From Azolla caroliniana (lineage: Eukaryota > Plantae > Polypodiophyta), in the NCBI GenBank assembly GCA_043228905.1, contig JBHGNT010000012.1:16988001-17052000 (forward strand): DNA of 64,000 nt, in the 5' to 3' direction. Numbering within the stretch: position 1 is the first letter of the stretch; the number at the start of each line of letters is the position of its first letter. The notes beneath the pieces were generated by a model. That model searched no databases. It saw nothing but the letters and a program-made list of their open reading frames with translations, and was not told where the DNA came from. A program made the position numbers and the translations under genes. Below, in pieces: positions 26,823 through 37,533 of this stretch.

Positions 26823-27025
26823 AGATCGTCGGTCCATTCCGGTTCTTCGTTTTCTCTTGGTAGCGCGATTGTTGCGTGGAGCAGCAAAAAGCAGTTGACA
26901 TTGGCTCTATCGAGCATTGAGGTTGCCGACATCTTCACCGAGGCACTCGGAATTGACAAGTCAGCATTTTTCGAAGATGCTTGGGCTACAACATCTTGAC
27001 ATGCTACACTTGAGGGGGAGAACCG
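26823..27025 (+). pseudogene. Copia RNaseH remnant with PPT
   Basis: FSLGSAIVAWSSKKQ..ALSS and ADIFTEAL, followed by TTGAGGGGGAG. Confidence 0.72.
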
Positions 27026-27407
27026 AAAAAACTGGGAAAACATGTAATGGCACCAGACAAAGAGCTAGAGAGAAGGAAACAACCAAAACAAGGGGAGACA
27101 AGAAGAAAAAGGAAGTCGAGTTGACTGAAGAAGTCGGCACATCCGAACAAGTCAGAACAAGCGGTGTCAGCGGCAGATTCAAAAAGGACAGAGCTAATCG
27201 GAAGAAGAAGGCCAAGACTCAGACATGGTCCGATGTTGTGAAGGGCCTAAAGACCGAGGTCGAGTTGGAGATAGCCAACTCAGACAAGGGAGGGAACAAA
27301 TCGGAGGTACCTGATTCGGTTCAACGATTTGATTCAGAGAAGCCGGATCTGTTGAAGGCCAAGGACTAGAATGTCGCGAAGTCGACAACGACACGGAGGA
27401 GTCGATG

Positions 27408-29960
27408 GAGACATGAAGGGTTTGGACCCCAAGTTTTACCAGCACCAAATCAATTTGGCAACGAACGTGAAACCAGTTCAACAGCGACGCTACCATGTGA
27501 ACCCGAATTACACGGCACGCGTAAAGGAGGAAATTGATAAACTTTTAAAAATGGGGTTCATTAGGCCGGTAAAGCACGGCACACGGCTTACTCCGATCGT
27601 AGTTGTGCCGAAAAAAAATTGCAAAATCAGGGTTTGCGTCGACTATCGTAAATTGAATGCAATTACGATCACAGACATATTTCCCTTGCCGTTTACAGAT
27701 AGTGTACTTGATGCCGTGGCAGGCCACAAGATGTACAGCTTCCTAGATGGGTTTAGCAGGTACAATCAAATACACATGCACCCAGACGACTAGGAGAAAA
27801 CCGCCTTCGTAACAGATTGGGGAATCGTCATGGCCATCATCATGATGTTCGGGTTGAAGACCACCCTAGCAACGATCCAATGCATCATCGATGAAATTTT
27901 TGGTGAGTTCATTCCCGAGTTCATGCAAGTGTTTCTCGATGACTTTGCAGTTTATGGAATGCGAGCGGATCATTTAGGGCATTTATGACTATGCTTGGAG
28001 CGATGTCGTTCAACACAACCCGAGTTCATGCAAGTGTTTCTCGATGACTTTGCAGTTTATGGAATGCGAGCGGATCATTTAGGGCATTTATGACTATGCT
28101 TGGAGCGATGTCGTTCAACACAACCCGAGTTCATGCAAGTGTTTCTCGATGACTTTGCAGTTTATGGAATGCGAGCGGATCATTTAGGGCATTTATGACT
28201 ATGCTTGGAGCGATGTCGTTCAACACAACTCGGCCTCAATCCAGCCAAATGCGTGTTCGGGGTCACGAGGGGAGCCCTTCTCGGGCACATAGTGAGCAAA
28301 GACGATATCGCGGTGGATCCCAGAAAAATCAAAGCCATCGTGGAGGCTCCAGCCCCATGTAACGCCAAAGCTCTGAGTTGTTTCTTGGGGCAGATTCGTT
28401 GGCACAGCCGCATGCTCCACTACCTGGCGGACTTCACTACGCCATTACACGCAGCGGTGCACCGCACTCCTTTCAAGTGGACAACAATCGAAGATAAGGC
28501 ATACTTGGCGCTAAAAGTAATGCTTACGCAGGCACCAGTCGTACAACCTCCGGTCTAGACGAAATCATTTCACATGTTCGTGGATGCATCCGACATAGCC
28601 ATCGGTAGCGCACTCATGCCGCTAACCGAGCCGAACTGGTATTGGCCAGTGTACTACTCTAGCCGCAAATTAACGGACGTCGAACGTAATTACTCCATGA
28701 TAGAGTGTGAAGCATTAGGAATGATATATAGCGTTAACAAATTTCGGCATTACCTACTAGGCTGAAAGTTCACCTTTCGCGTTGATCTCGCGGCACTACT
28801 TTATCTCGTCTCAAAACAGTCGTTGACCAAGAAATTGACCCAGTGGATGTTGTTGTTGCAGGATTTTGAGTTTGAAATATAGCACCAGCCAGGGACCCAG
28901 CATGCAGTGGCAGATTATCTAAGCCAAATCTAAAATGGCGAAGAACTGGTTGAAGGGCACGACGACTTTCCGGATACCGAAATCCTGCGTATTTCGGCGA
29001 GTGATGCCGAAGAAGGCATGCACTCCCTAGACAAATGGTTGGAGGAAATGACCTATTTCTTAAGTACAGGGTTGCCACCTCCACGCTTGCGTACAAATGA
29101 AAAGAAATGTATGGCAATCCGAAGCCGGAACTTTTGCCTGCTCGAAGGAATATTGTACCATAAGGAAAGCGACGGCATCTGGCGAAGGTGTGTACGCCAG
29201 GACAAAAAGAGAGTGGTATTAAGAGAAACTCACTGAATTGCAGGGGGTCACTACGCAGGGGAGGCAACCGCACAAAAGATATATGGCAATGGGGACTCTT
29301 GTGGCCGACGACACAAAAGGACGCCCACACATATTGTAAAGAATGCGACCTATGTCAGCGAATGGGCCAACCAACAGAGGTAGCACGGATGCCCCATCAA
29401 CTAGTGCTACCACTGGAGCCATTCCAGAAATGGGGTCTTGATTTCGTCGAACCATTTACTCCAACCGCGGCACGAATGGGTAATAAGTACATCCTAGTGG
29501 CTACAGACTATTGTACGAAATGGGTCGAAGCAAAAGCAATTACAAGATAACACAGCGGCATCCACGGCAAGATTCTTATACGAGCACATCTGGTGCTGTT
29601 TTGGCTGCCCTATAGAGCTAATCAGCAACCAAGGAAGACATTTCCTCAACACAGTAATTCACAAGCTCACCGACACTTACATCGTAGTTTACAAGAAAAG
29701 CACGCTGTATTATCCACAAGCCAATAGACTCGCGGAATCGACGAACAAAACACTCTAGAACATCCTAAAGAAAATCGTCAAAGACAACCGCATAGATTGG
29801 GACACTAAGTTGCACAGCGCCCTATGGGCGTACTACACTAGTTTCAAGACCAGTATCCAATCGCCTCCATTTCGGCTAGCGTTCGGACTAGAAGCCGTAA
29901 TGCCTGTGGAATTTCAGGTTCCAAGTTTACGAATACAAGTTCGAGAGAGCCTTTCTGAAC
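27408..29960 (+). pseudogene. Degenerate non-chromoviral (Athila/Tat-like) Gypsy pol
   Basis: RVCVDYRKLN, YSFLDGFSRYNQI, FLDD, FVDASDIAIG and [15 protein letters not shown], with many stops. Confidence 0.85.
27915..28229. repeat. Perfect 105-bp tandem triplication inside RT
   Basis: ccgagttcatgcaag...cgttcaacacaac starts at 27915, 28020 and 28125. Confidence 0.95.
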
Positions 29961-29965
29961 GATAG

Positions 29966-30289
29966 TATTAACCGGTAGGCCGTTAGAGGCCTACGAAATC
30001 TAGCCTAGTACGTTGGCATATGGGAGTCAATGTGAGTCGCTCGTATGAGTATTGAAGTACATGTCAGTACTTCTGTCAATCCTTTTAAGGACTATATAAA
30101 AAGTGTTTTGTAGGACATCGTATGTACAGAGTGTTATTATTTTGAATTGATTTTTACTATTCTGCTCTCTCTATCTCTCTTGTGTACTCACTCTATGTGA
30201 CTAAGCTTTCCATTAAACCTATGCATATTCTCTGTTGCTATCTAGTGAAGCTAGTTTCATCTACAAGCTTCTGCACGCTACTTTTTACA
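29966..30289 (+). mobile_element. Solo Copia LTR related to 7073-7523
   Basis: Shares ttgaagtac..tcagtacttc.gtca.tcctt, ccattaaacct and cttc.gcacg.tacttttt.ca with the reverse complement of 7073-7330. Confidence 0.62.
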
Positions 30290-30867
30290 CTATGATACCA
30301 ACTATTAGAAACCAACTAAGTAATTAACATAAGGATTATAGACCAAAGAAAGGAAAGAAGGGTATTAAACCACCCGGCCACCCCCTAACAACGGCGTCAA
30401 ACAGACTCGTACCTCCTCGATGTCCTGTACCATCGAGAGTTGATGTGAGTCATACCTTAGGTTCTACAAGGAACATTGTTGTGATGTTGCACGTCCAGTG
30501 GGAGAAAAAGTGAAAAAGTGTGGTTCCACGCACATTACACAAATACTTATACAAATGAAAATAAATCAACAATAAATAATCCTAGGGCCTAATGGCATTT
30601 GAGTGCGTATACTTTCAAGAATTCATTGAAATTGATAAGATGGAATGGGCGTATAGGTTCTTTCCGAACATACGAACCTACGATTTAAGTAGGAAGAACG
30701 TTCTTCCAGCCTAATCGATCCTCATAATTGAACAAGCCTCGCAATCTTGATTAGGCCAAAAGGATCTTATAAACAAAGCAAAACTGAATTATCCATTCAG
30801 AGCTTTATCCGACGTGAGGAAATCCGCGATACCATAATCCTGGGCTTCTTTTGTTGACAGAAAAATG

Positions 30868-30968
30868 CGGCTACTAAGATGTTTCAATTCGCTGGGTTGC
30901 CTCTCGCTTGCCTATGGATTCACCATGCAGTTCAGAAGGTTAATCCATTCGGGAATCTCCGGATCCAC
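30868..30968 (-). pseudogene. ~100-bp plastid-type 23S rRNA fragment (probable NUPT)
   Basis: The reverse complement gatccggagattcccgaatgg..aacctt.tgaactgc...tgaatccata.gcaagcgagaggcaaccc.gcgaattgaaacatcttagtagcc resembles the 5' domain of chloroplast 23S rRNA, recognised from memory. Confidence 0.7.
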
Positions 30969-31969
30969 GTACCATCGAGAGTTGATGCGAGTCATACCTT
31001 AGGTTCTACAAGGAACGTTGTCATGATGTTGCACGTCTAGTGGGAGAAAAAGTGAAAAAGTGTGGTTCCACACACATTACACAAATACTTGTAAAAATGA
31101 AAATAAATCAACTATTAATGATCCTAGGGCCTAATAGCATTTGAGAGTGTATAGAGAGGTGCAAGTAGTATTTGAACCTTGCACCTCCAAGATAGGAGGC
31201 AATTAACTTACCACTAAAGCTACTACTAAGTGCTTTACATTTTGTATATTTTCTTACCATATTTAGTATTCCATAGGAAACAAACGTACAAAACCATATG
31301 CACAAAACCATGGTTTTTAAGCCTATGGTTTTGTGCATGCCACAAGAAAAACCGTGTGCCCAAAAACCATGGGTCCAAGCCCATGGTTTTGTGCATGTTA
31401 GAAGCATGGATAGACCTATAAAAACCCTCGTAAGGCTTGTGTAAGGGGGGGGCTCAATATGTGATATCATCATCATCATCATCATCATCAATATAATACT
31501 CTCATTTATCTTCTTCTAATTATCTTCTCTTAAGTGTATCAATTTTCATTGTTTCCTCAAATCTTACATCCACATCGTCCTCTTCTCAATAACTTGACGG
31601 ACGTCTTCCCTAGTTCGAGACCCTGGTGGTCCCGTTCAAATGAAGCACGCACGCACATGCATCTTCGTGACATCTTTTTGGTGAACCCGATGTGAAGAAC
31701 GGCAAGGGAGGATGAAGATGGACGAGGAATATCCCATGGAGTCAATGTCATTGATGATGATGGAATTGTCAAGAAAAGTAAAATGACAAGGTGCGGCCCA
31801 ACAAGCCATCGAGAGTGTGGTCGAGCGAGTCGGCTATTTCAACGGTTCTGAATTCCAAAATTTTCTAAAATCCAACATTGAGATGGATTCGAGAGGTGCG
31901 AACGAAGCTATGAGGCTAGAGTATTTTTGTCGGGTGGTGGCGAAAACAATCTACGAAGAGATAAAAGAG
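30968..31969 (+). mobile_element. LTR (ends 31672), tRNA-Trp PBS and gag start of a Gypsy-type element, truncated; LTR 5' boundary uncertain
   Basis: CTTCGTGACA is followed by TGGTGAACCCGATGTGA (31679-31695), complementary to the plant tRNA-Trp 3' end. gag-like VERVGYFNG..MRLEYFCRVV follows. LTR homologues occur at 43347-43997 and 48597-49019. Confidence 0.72.
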
Positions 31970-32806
31970 TACTTCTCCTGTGACAGCCACAACTGCTTCT
32001 TCTTCCGGTCCCGGATGATGTGCATCCCTAGTATTTGCCTCGCCGGACCCAGGTCCTTCATTGAGAAGGTTTGGTGAAGCGCTTTCTTCAGCGTCCGTAT
32101 CTTGACCTGGTCCCGTCCGACGATCAACATGTCGTCCACGTACAGGAGGAGTATTAGAGAGTCTCCTCCTTCGAACTTCTTCACAAACACGCAGTGATCA
32201 GACTGCGTTTTGTGGTACCCTTCGTCGGTCATGAAGGAGTCGAACTTCCGGTACCATTGCCGGGGAGCCTGCTTCAGTCCGTAAAGGCTCTTCTTCAACC
32301 GGCATACCAGGTGTCAGGAATAGTACTAAAACAGAGATGGAATTAGTACTAAGAAGAGTAGTACTGTCAGGAATAGTACTAAAACAGAGATGGAATTAGT
32401 ACTAAGAAGAGTAGTACTATTAGTACTAAGAGGACGGGACTGTGTAAGATTCCCGAGAGAGAGGAAGTGAGAAGAGGAGAGAGAGAGAGGGAAATAGGAT
32501 GATGACAGCAGCTCTTATATTATATGAAAGATAAGTACAAATCGACTAAGAGGCTTAAGACTGGTGTTGAACCAATTTGGTTCAACATAATGCTTAGTGC
32601 CTTCTTTTATAGTGTTCTCAGGAATAATCCTGAAGCTTCTAGAATGTTCCAAAGAAATCTGGAATATACATTACTTTCTTATAATAAAACATAAATGAAA
32701 ATAATATTCTATGAATTACAATAGATGGTGAGATGGTTAAGAGCTCGACCCATATACCATAAGGTCATGGGTTCGAGTCTTGCCATCTCATGACACTATC
32801 TCCCCC

Positions 32807-35800
32807 TTAAAGATGACGAGTGGAACGAGTCAGCGCTACTTGCGGACCGGGTTTGTCCGGATACTTTCGGTGGAAATCAGCAAGAAGATCTTGTGCATTG
32901 GCAACATTCTCGACAGGTTCCCAAGTACGTTCGCTCGGACTATAACCGAGCCAATCAACCAAGTAATAGAGTTTGTTGCGAACAAGTTTGGAATCGAGGA
33001 TGGCAGCAACTTCATACTCCGGGCCGGCGTCCAACTCTAGTGGGGGCGGCGGTGGTGTCACACGATCGGGAATGGTGTTTGCTTTATAAGGTTCAAGAAG
33101 AGAACAATGGAAAACCGGATGTACCTGAAGCTGCGGAGGGAGATCAAGGCGGAAGGTGACATCATTAATCTTCCCCGTAATACGGAAAGGACCGAGTCGT
33201 CGATAATCCAACTTGTCGCACGGTCGAGTAGTCTTGATGTGACGACGTAAGAGCCATACTCGATCTCCGATGGCAAAAGAGGAGGGAATCCGATGACGAT
33301 CCGCATAAGTCTTCTGTGTGTGTTGAGCATGACGAAGGTGAGTAGAGAGATCCATCTGGATCTTGCGTAGCCTCTCCAAATGATCCTCGGCACGAGGGTT
33401 GGTAGGTAGCTCCGGAGTGTCGATCACCGACCAGCGAGGATGGAAACCGGTATAAGCGAAAAATGGGGAGACCCGAGTCGAGGAGTGAATAGCATTATTA
33501 TACGCAAACTCCGCAAAGTGGAGAATCTCGGCCCAATCGTCCTGTTGATAACTCAGGAAACACCGGAGATATTGCTCCAGCGTTTGGTTTGTTCGTTCCG
33601 CCTGTCCGTCGGTCTGAGGATGGTAGCCGGAGGAGAGGTTGCAGGAGACCTTGAGCATCTTGAAGAGATGCTGCCAAAATTTGGAGACAAATTGCGGGCC
33701 TCGGTCACTGATAATACTGTCTGGGAGGCCATGATGCCGAAAAACCTCACGCATAACAAGAGCGGCGGTTTCCTCGCTAGTGATGGCTTTAGTACATGGC
33801 ACAAAATGTGCCATCTTCGTATATCGATCGACGACGGTTAGGATAGCATCGAACCCTTTCGAGACCGGCAGATCTGTGATAAAATCAAGACAAATAGACT
33901 GCCATGGCTTACTTGGAATTGGTAAAGGTTCCAACAAGCCATATGGATGGTGTCGTGGCATCTTTGCTCGGCAGCAAGCATCACAGGTCCGAACGTAGTC
34001 GTCGACAAAACGGCGCATGTGGGGCCACCAAAAAGATCGCTGCACTAGCTCCAACGTCTTAGTACTACCGAAATGTCCCGCCGTATGGGTGTCGTGACAA
34101 TGTTGGACAATTTGAAGGCGACAGGAGCAATCGGGGACATATACGCGCTTTTTAAAGAATAACAAACCATCATGATATTCGAATTGTCGGTAGTCAATAC
34201 CTGTTTGTTGAGACTGAGAACAGGATGCCCGAGAAGTATCAATGTGCGCCAGGATGTCTTGAGCAAAACTATCCGTCTTCAAGGTTGCACGTATGTCATC
34301 GGTAATCCGTGAATCCATCGGGGTGTGAAAAATCCGCGTCGTGTGCAATCGTGTTGGTCCCAAGATTACTTGCTTTTGATTATCAAATGTTGCTTCACCA
34401 GGACGAGGTGCAAGATATGAACGTCGTGATAGTGCATCTGCTTTTCCTTGCTGCTTCCCCGGTCGATATGTGATTTTGAAGTCGAAACGCGTGAGGAATT
34501 GCGCCCACCGAGCTTGCCGTCGATTTAGTACGCGAGCGTTCTGAAAATACGCAAGATTTTTATGATCGCTGAAGACAATGACCTGATGTGGAGAGCCCTC
34601 TAAGAAATGCCGCCATTGTACAAATGAATCCACGATGGCTAATAACTCCTTGTCATGTATTTCGTAGTTGATTTCTACGACATCGAATTTGCGCGAATGG
34701 AAAGCCACCGGATGCAACTCTTCTTTATCACCTTGTTGAGAAAGGATGCTACCGAGGGCGAAATCTGATGCGTCGGCCTCCATGATGAATGGTTTGCTTG
34801 TATCCACATGAGCTAGAATCGGTGCTGATGTAAAGGCTTTCTTAAGATGCCGAAAAGCCATATCTGCTTCAATGGACCAAAGAAATGCTTGGCCCTTCTT
34901 CGTAAGTTGTGTGAGAGGTAAAATAATCTTCGAGTAATCCTGTATAAACTTACGGTAGAAGTTAGCAAAACCTAGAAAACATTGTACATCTCGTACCGAC
35001 CGTGGAATTTGCCACTCTAGTACAGTTTGGATCTTAGCTGGATCCATGGCGATGCCCTTTGAGGAGATGACGTAGCCTAGAAATTCCACTTGCTTGCAAT
35101 CAAAGCTACATTTTTCTAGCTTGGCATAAAGACCATTCTCGCGGAGTCGCTTTAGTGCTAATAGTACATGAGAGTCGTGCTCTTCCTGGGTCTTCGAATA
35201 AATCAACAGATCATCCAGATAAATGATCAAGCAGATATCCAAGAGGTCTCTGAATATATCATTTGCCATGTGTTGGAAGACTGCGGGTGCATTGGTTAGG
35301 CCAAACGGCATAACAGTATACTCAAAATGCCCATACCGTGTGCGAAAAGCGGTCTTCCACTCATCTCCCGGTCGGATCCGCACGAGATTATACGCTCCGC
35401 GTAGGTCGATTTTAGTAAAAAACTTGGCACCATTAACTCGCTCTAAAAGACTTGATATAAGAGGAAGTGCATACCTATTCCGGATGGTAACTTTATTTAA
35501 TCCGCGGTAATCAACGACAAGACGAAGTGAGCCATCTTTCTTCTTGACAAAGAAGATGGGTGCACCGGCCGGAGATTTCGAATGACGGATGAACCCGCTT
35601 GCCAAGTTCTCCTCTATGTAGGCTCGAAGGACTTCTAACTCGGTGGGTGACAGGTTGTAAATTGGTCCCCATGGTGGCTCGGTTCCTGGTTGTAAATCGA
35701 TGGGACAGTCATAGGGACGGTGATGAGGAAGGGTACCGGCTTTTACCTTGTCAAATACATCGGCATAAGGATGATATTTTGCCGGAAGTTGTACTGAGGA

Positions 35801-36382
35801 GTCCTTCTTAATAGTGCTGGAAGGATGTACTGATATGGAAAATAGGAACATTGCCTCCTTGGGTCCTTCTTCGCGTAGTTGATGGAGTGAAATGGTCGAA
35901 ACTCGGCGAGTTGATTCTTGGGGTGGTCGATATCGGACTTCTCTTGTTCTCCAATCTATGGCTGGATTATGTAACTCAAGCCAAGGTAATCCTAGGACAA
36001 TGGGATGCTCTGGACTACTAATTATATTAAATGATATTATACACACAAAACTACCTAGGACAACTTGAATGGGTTCTGATTCTTCTACAATATTCCCGGA
36101 AGCAATGGGACGACCATCAATGACCACTACAGATGCGGGACAAGGAAGTTTTCTTAAGGATATCTGAGAAGCTTGGGCAAAATTTCGATCCATGAAACAG
36201 GAATTAGCTCCGGAATCTAAAAGTGCTAGGACAGGTACTGGGGGAGTACTTTTAGTACTAACAATGACTTGGGCTAGGAACACATTGCTAACTTGCTTGG
36301 AAGGAATGGAACCACTAATGGGCTGTACAGATCTAGGGCTGCTGTCCAACCAAATGGCTCCTATTTTGGCTGGACTCAATCG
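32807..36382 (-). CDS. pol: Gypsy Pol (PR-RT-RH-IN-chromodomain), likely expressed by -1 frameshift
   Basis: LLDSGA, YLDD, ADASDFA, SDRGPQF, GPF and chromodomain EYEVAAIL..YYLVDWLGY..RTWEP. The track start is TTG, not ATG. Confidence 0.95.
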   Translation of the reverse strand, partial: RLSPAKIGAIWLDSSPRSVQPISGSIPSKQVSNVFLAQVIVSTKSTPPVPVLALLDSGANSCFMDRNFAQASQISLRKLPCPASVVVIDGRPIASGNIVEESEPIQVVLGSFVCIISFNIISSPEHPIVLGLPWLELHNPAIDWRTREVRYRPPQESTRRVSTISLHQLREEGPKEAMFLFSISVHPSSTIKKDSSVQLPAKYHPYADVFDKVKAGTLPHHRPYDCPIDLQPGTEPPWGPIYNLSPTELEVLRAYIEENLASGFIRHSKSPAGAPIFFVKKKDGSLRLVVDYRGLNKVTIRNRYALPLISSLLERVNGAKFFTKIDLRGAYNLVRIRPGDEWKTAFRTRYGHFEYTVMPFGLTNAPAVFQHMANDIFRDLLDICLIIYLDDLLIYSKTQEEHDSHVLLALKRLRENGLYAKLEKCSFDCKQVEFLGYVISSKGIAMDPAKIQTVLEWQIPRSVRDVQCFLGFANFYRKFIQDYSKIILPLTQLTKKGQAFLWSIEADMAFRHLKKAFTSAPILAHVDTSKPFIMEADASDFALGSILSQQGDKEELHPVAFHSRKFDVVEINYEIHDKELLAIVDSFVQWRHFLEGSPHQVIVFSDHKNLAYFQNARVLNRRQARWAQFLTRFDFKITYRPGKQQGKADALSRRSYLAPRPGEATFDNQKQVILGPTRLHTTRIFHTPMDSRITDDIRATLKTDSFAQDILAHIDTSRASCSQSQQTGIDYRQFEYHDGLLFFKKRVYVPDCSCRLQIVQHCHDTHTAGHFGSTKTLELVQRSFWWPHMRRFVDDYVRTCDACCRAKMPRHHPYGLLEPLPIPSKPWQSICLDFITDLPVSKGFDAILTVVDRYTKMAHFVPCTKAITSEETAALVMREVFRHHGLPDSIISDRGPQFVSKFWQHLFKMLKVSCNLSSGYHPQTDGQAERTNQTLEQYLRCFLSYQQDDWAEILHFAEFAYNNAIHSSTRVSPFFAYTGFHPRWSVIDTPELPTNPRAEDHLERLRKIQMDLSTHLRHAQHTQKTYADRHRIPSSFAIGDRVWLLRRHIKTTRPCDKLDYRRLGPFRITGKINDVTFRLDLPPQLQVHPVFHCSLLEPYKANTIPDRVTPPPPPLELDAGPEYEVAAILDSKLVRNKLYYLVDWLGYSPSERTWEPVENVANAQDLLADFHRKYPDKPGPQVALTRSTRHL

Positions 36383-37533
36383 TTTAACTCTTCATCTAAT
36401 TGACTAAGGATTTCAAATTTATTTGAGATACTTGGGCTATTAGTACTATGAATACTATCTGACACTCTATTAGTACTATTACTACTATCAGACACTCCGA
36501 AGGGAAGAATTGACTCAGGTTTAGTACAGGCGACAATTTGATTTACCTGTCTTCTTGGCCTATGGGGACAATTGATGGCGATATGTCCTGGTCCACCGCA
36601 ATAAAGGCATAATCGATTGGCACGTCGTCGTTGCTTTTCTTCTTCCGATAACGGGCCGCGTCGACGCATGGTATCGATCTCCATCGGTGTCGAAGTATTT
36701 GCTTGAGGTATGTCTCGTGCAAACGGTTTAGCCGCGACGGCGGCGTAAGTGGGCTCTGGCCTAGAGCGTGGTATCTGTAATTGACGTTCTGAACGCCGTT
36801 CAAAAAGGCGGTTGTCACATCGAACTGCTCGACTGATTGCCTCCGTAAGAGACTTTGGTTCTTCGGGGAAAGTTAGAAGTAGATCTTTGACATCGTTTCG
36901 CAAGCCATAGCGAAACTGCTCCATTAGTGCTTGATCATCCCAGGGTATATCTGAAGCAAGTAGGCGGAAATCCGCCGCGTAGGCAGAGGCTGGACGATCG
37001 CCTTGACGCAATCGCCGGATCTTGTTGATCGTCGTCCTGATGCTGTCGGTGTCTCCAAAGCAGGCTTTAAACTCACCAATAAAATCTTCAAAGTTATTAA
37101 GCAAGGGCGATTGTTTTTCTAGAAGCGGAGCGAACCATGCCAAGGCTGAGCCGCTAAGTAGCGTGCCTATTAGGCCGACTCGAGATGCATCAGTGGGATA
37201 TCGGGAAGGATGCATCTTGATGACTAAGCGTACCTGATTAAGGAATCCCCGAAATTGCGAACGCGTTCCATCAAATTTCACAGGAAGTCCAATCTTGGGC
37301 TCTTTATGAAATCCTTGGGGACTGGATCCTTGTTGTTGCAACGCTGCTTCGAGTTGTTGTACCCGTAACGCTAACTCCCCATGTTGTTGTTGCGTTTGTT
37401 GTTTTTCTAGAGCGATTTGTTGCAGATCCCCTATCAGCCGTTGGTTTTCTTGTTCCAAGGCAACAAACTTTTCTTTTAGGCACTGTAGCTCGGAGAAAAC
37501 GGATTGGTATTCTTGGGCGCTAACAGTAGCCAT
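36376..37533 (-). CDS. gag: Gypsy Gag, 385 aa
   Basis: Capsid motifs, TPMEID and CLYCGGPGHIAINC. Confidence 0.94.
   Translation of the reverse strand: MATVSAQEYQSVFSELQCLKEKFVALEQENQRLIGDLQQIALEKQQTQQQHGELALRVQQLEAALQQQGSSPQGFHKEPKIGLPVKFDGTRSQFRGFLNQVRLVIKMHPSRYPTDASRVGLIGTLLSGSALAWFAPLLEKQSPLLNNFEDFIGEFKACFGDTDSIRTTINKIRRLRQGDRPASAYAADFRLLASDIPWDDQALMEQFRYGLRNDVKDLLLTFPEEPKSLTEAISRAVRCDNRLFERRSERQLQIPRSRPEPTYAAVAAKPFARDIPQANTSTPMEIDTMRRRGPLSEEEKQRRRANRLCLYCGGPGHIAINCPHRPRRQVNQIVACTKPESILPFGVSDSSNSTNRVSDSIHSTNSPSISNKFEILSQLDEELND

Noticed and set aside
32723-32788. Possible bona fide tRNA gene
   Set aside because: A/B boxes are present but there is no canonical cloverleaf or anticodon arm, and it is an integral part of the LTR. 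Reported as tRNA-like only.
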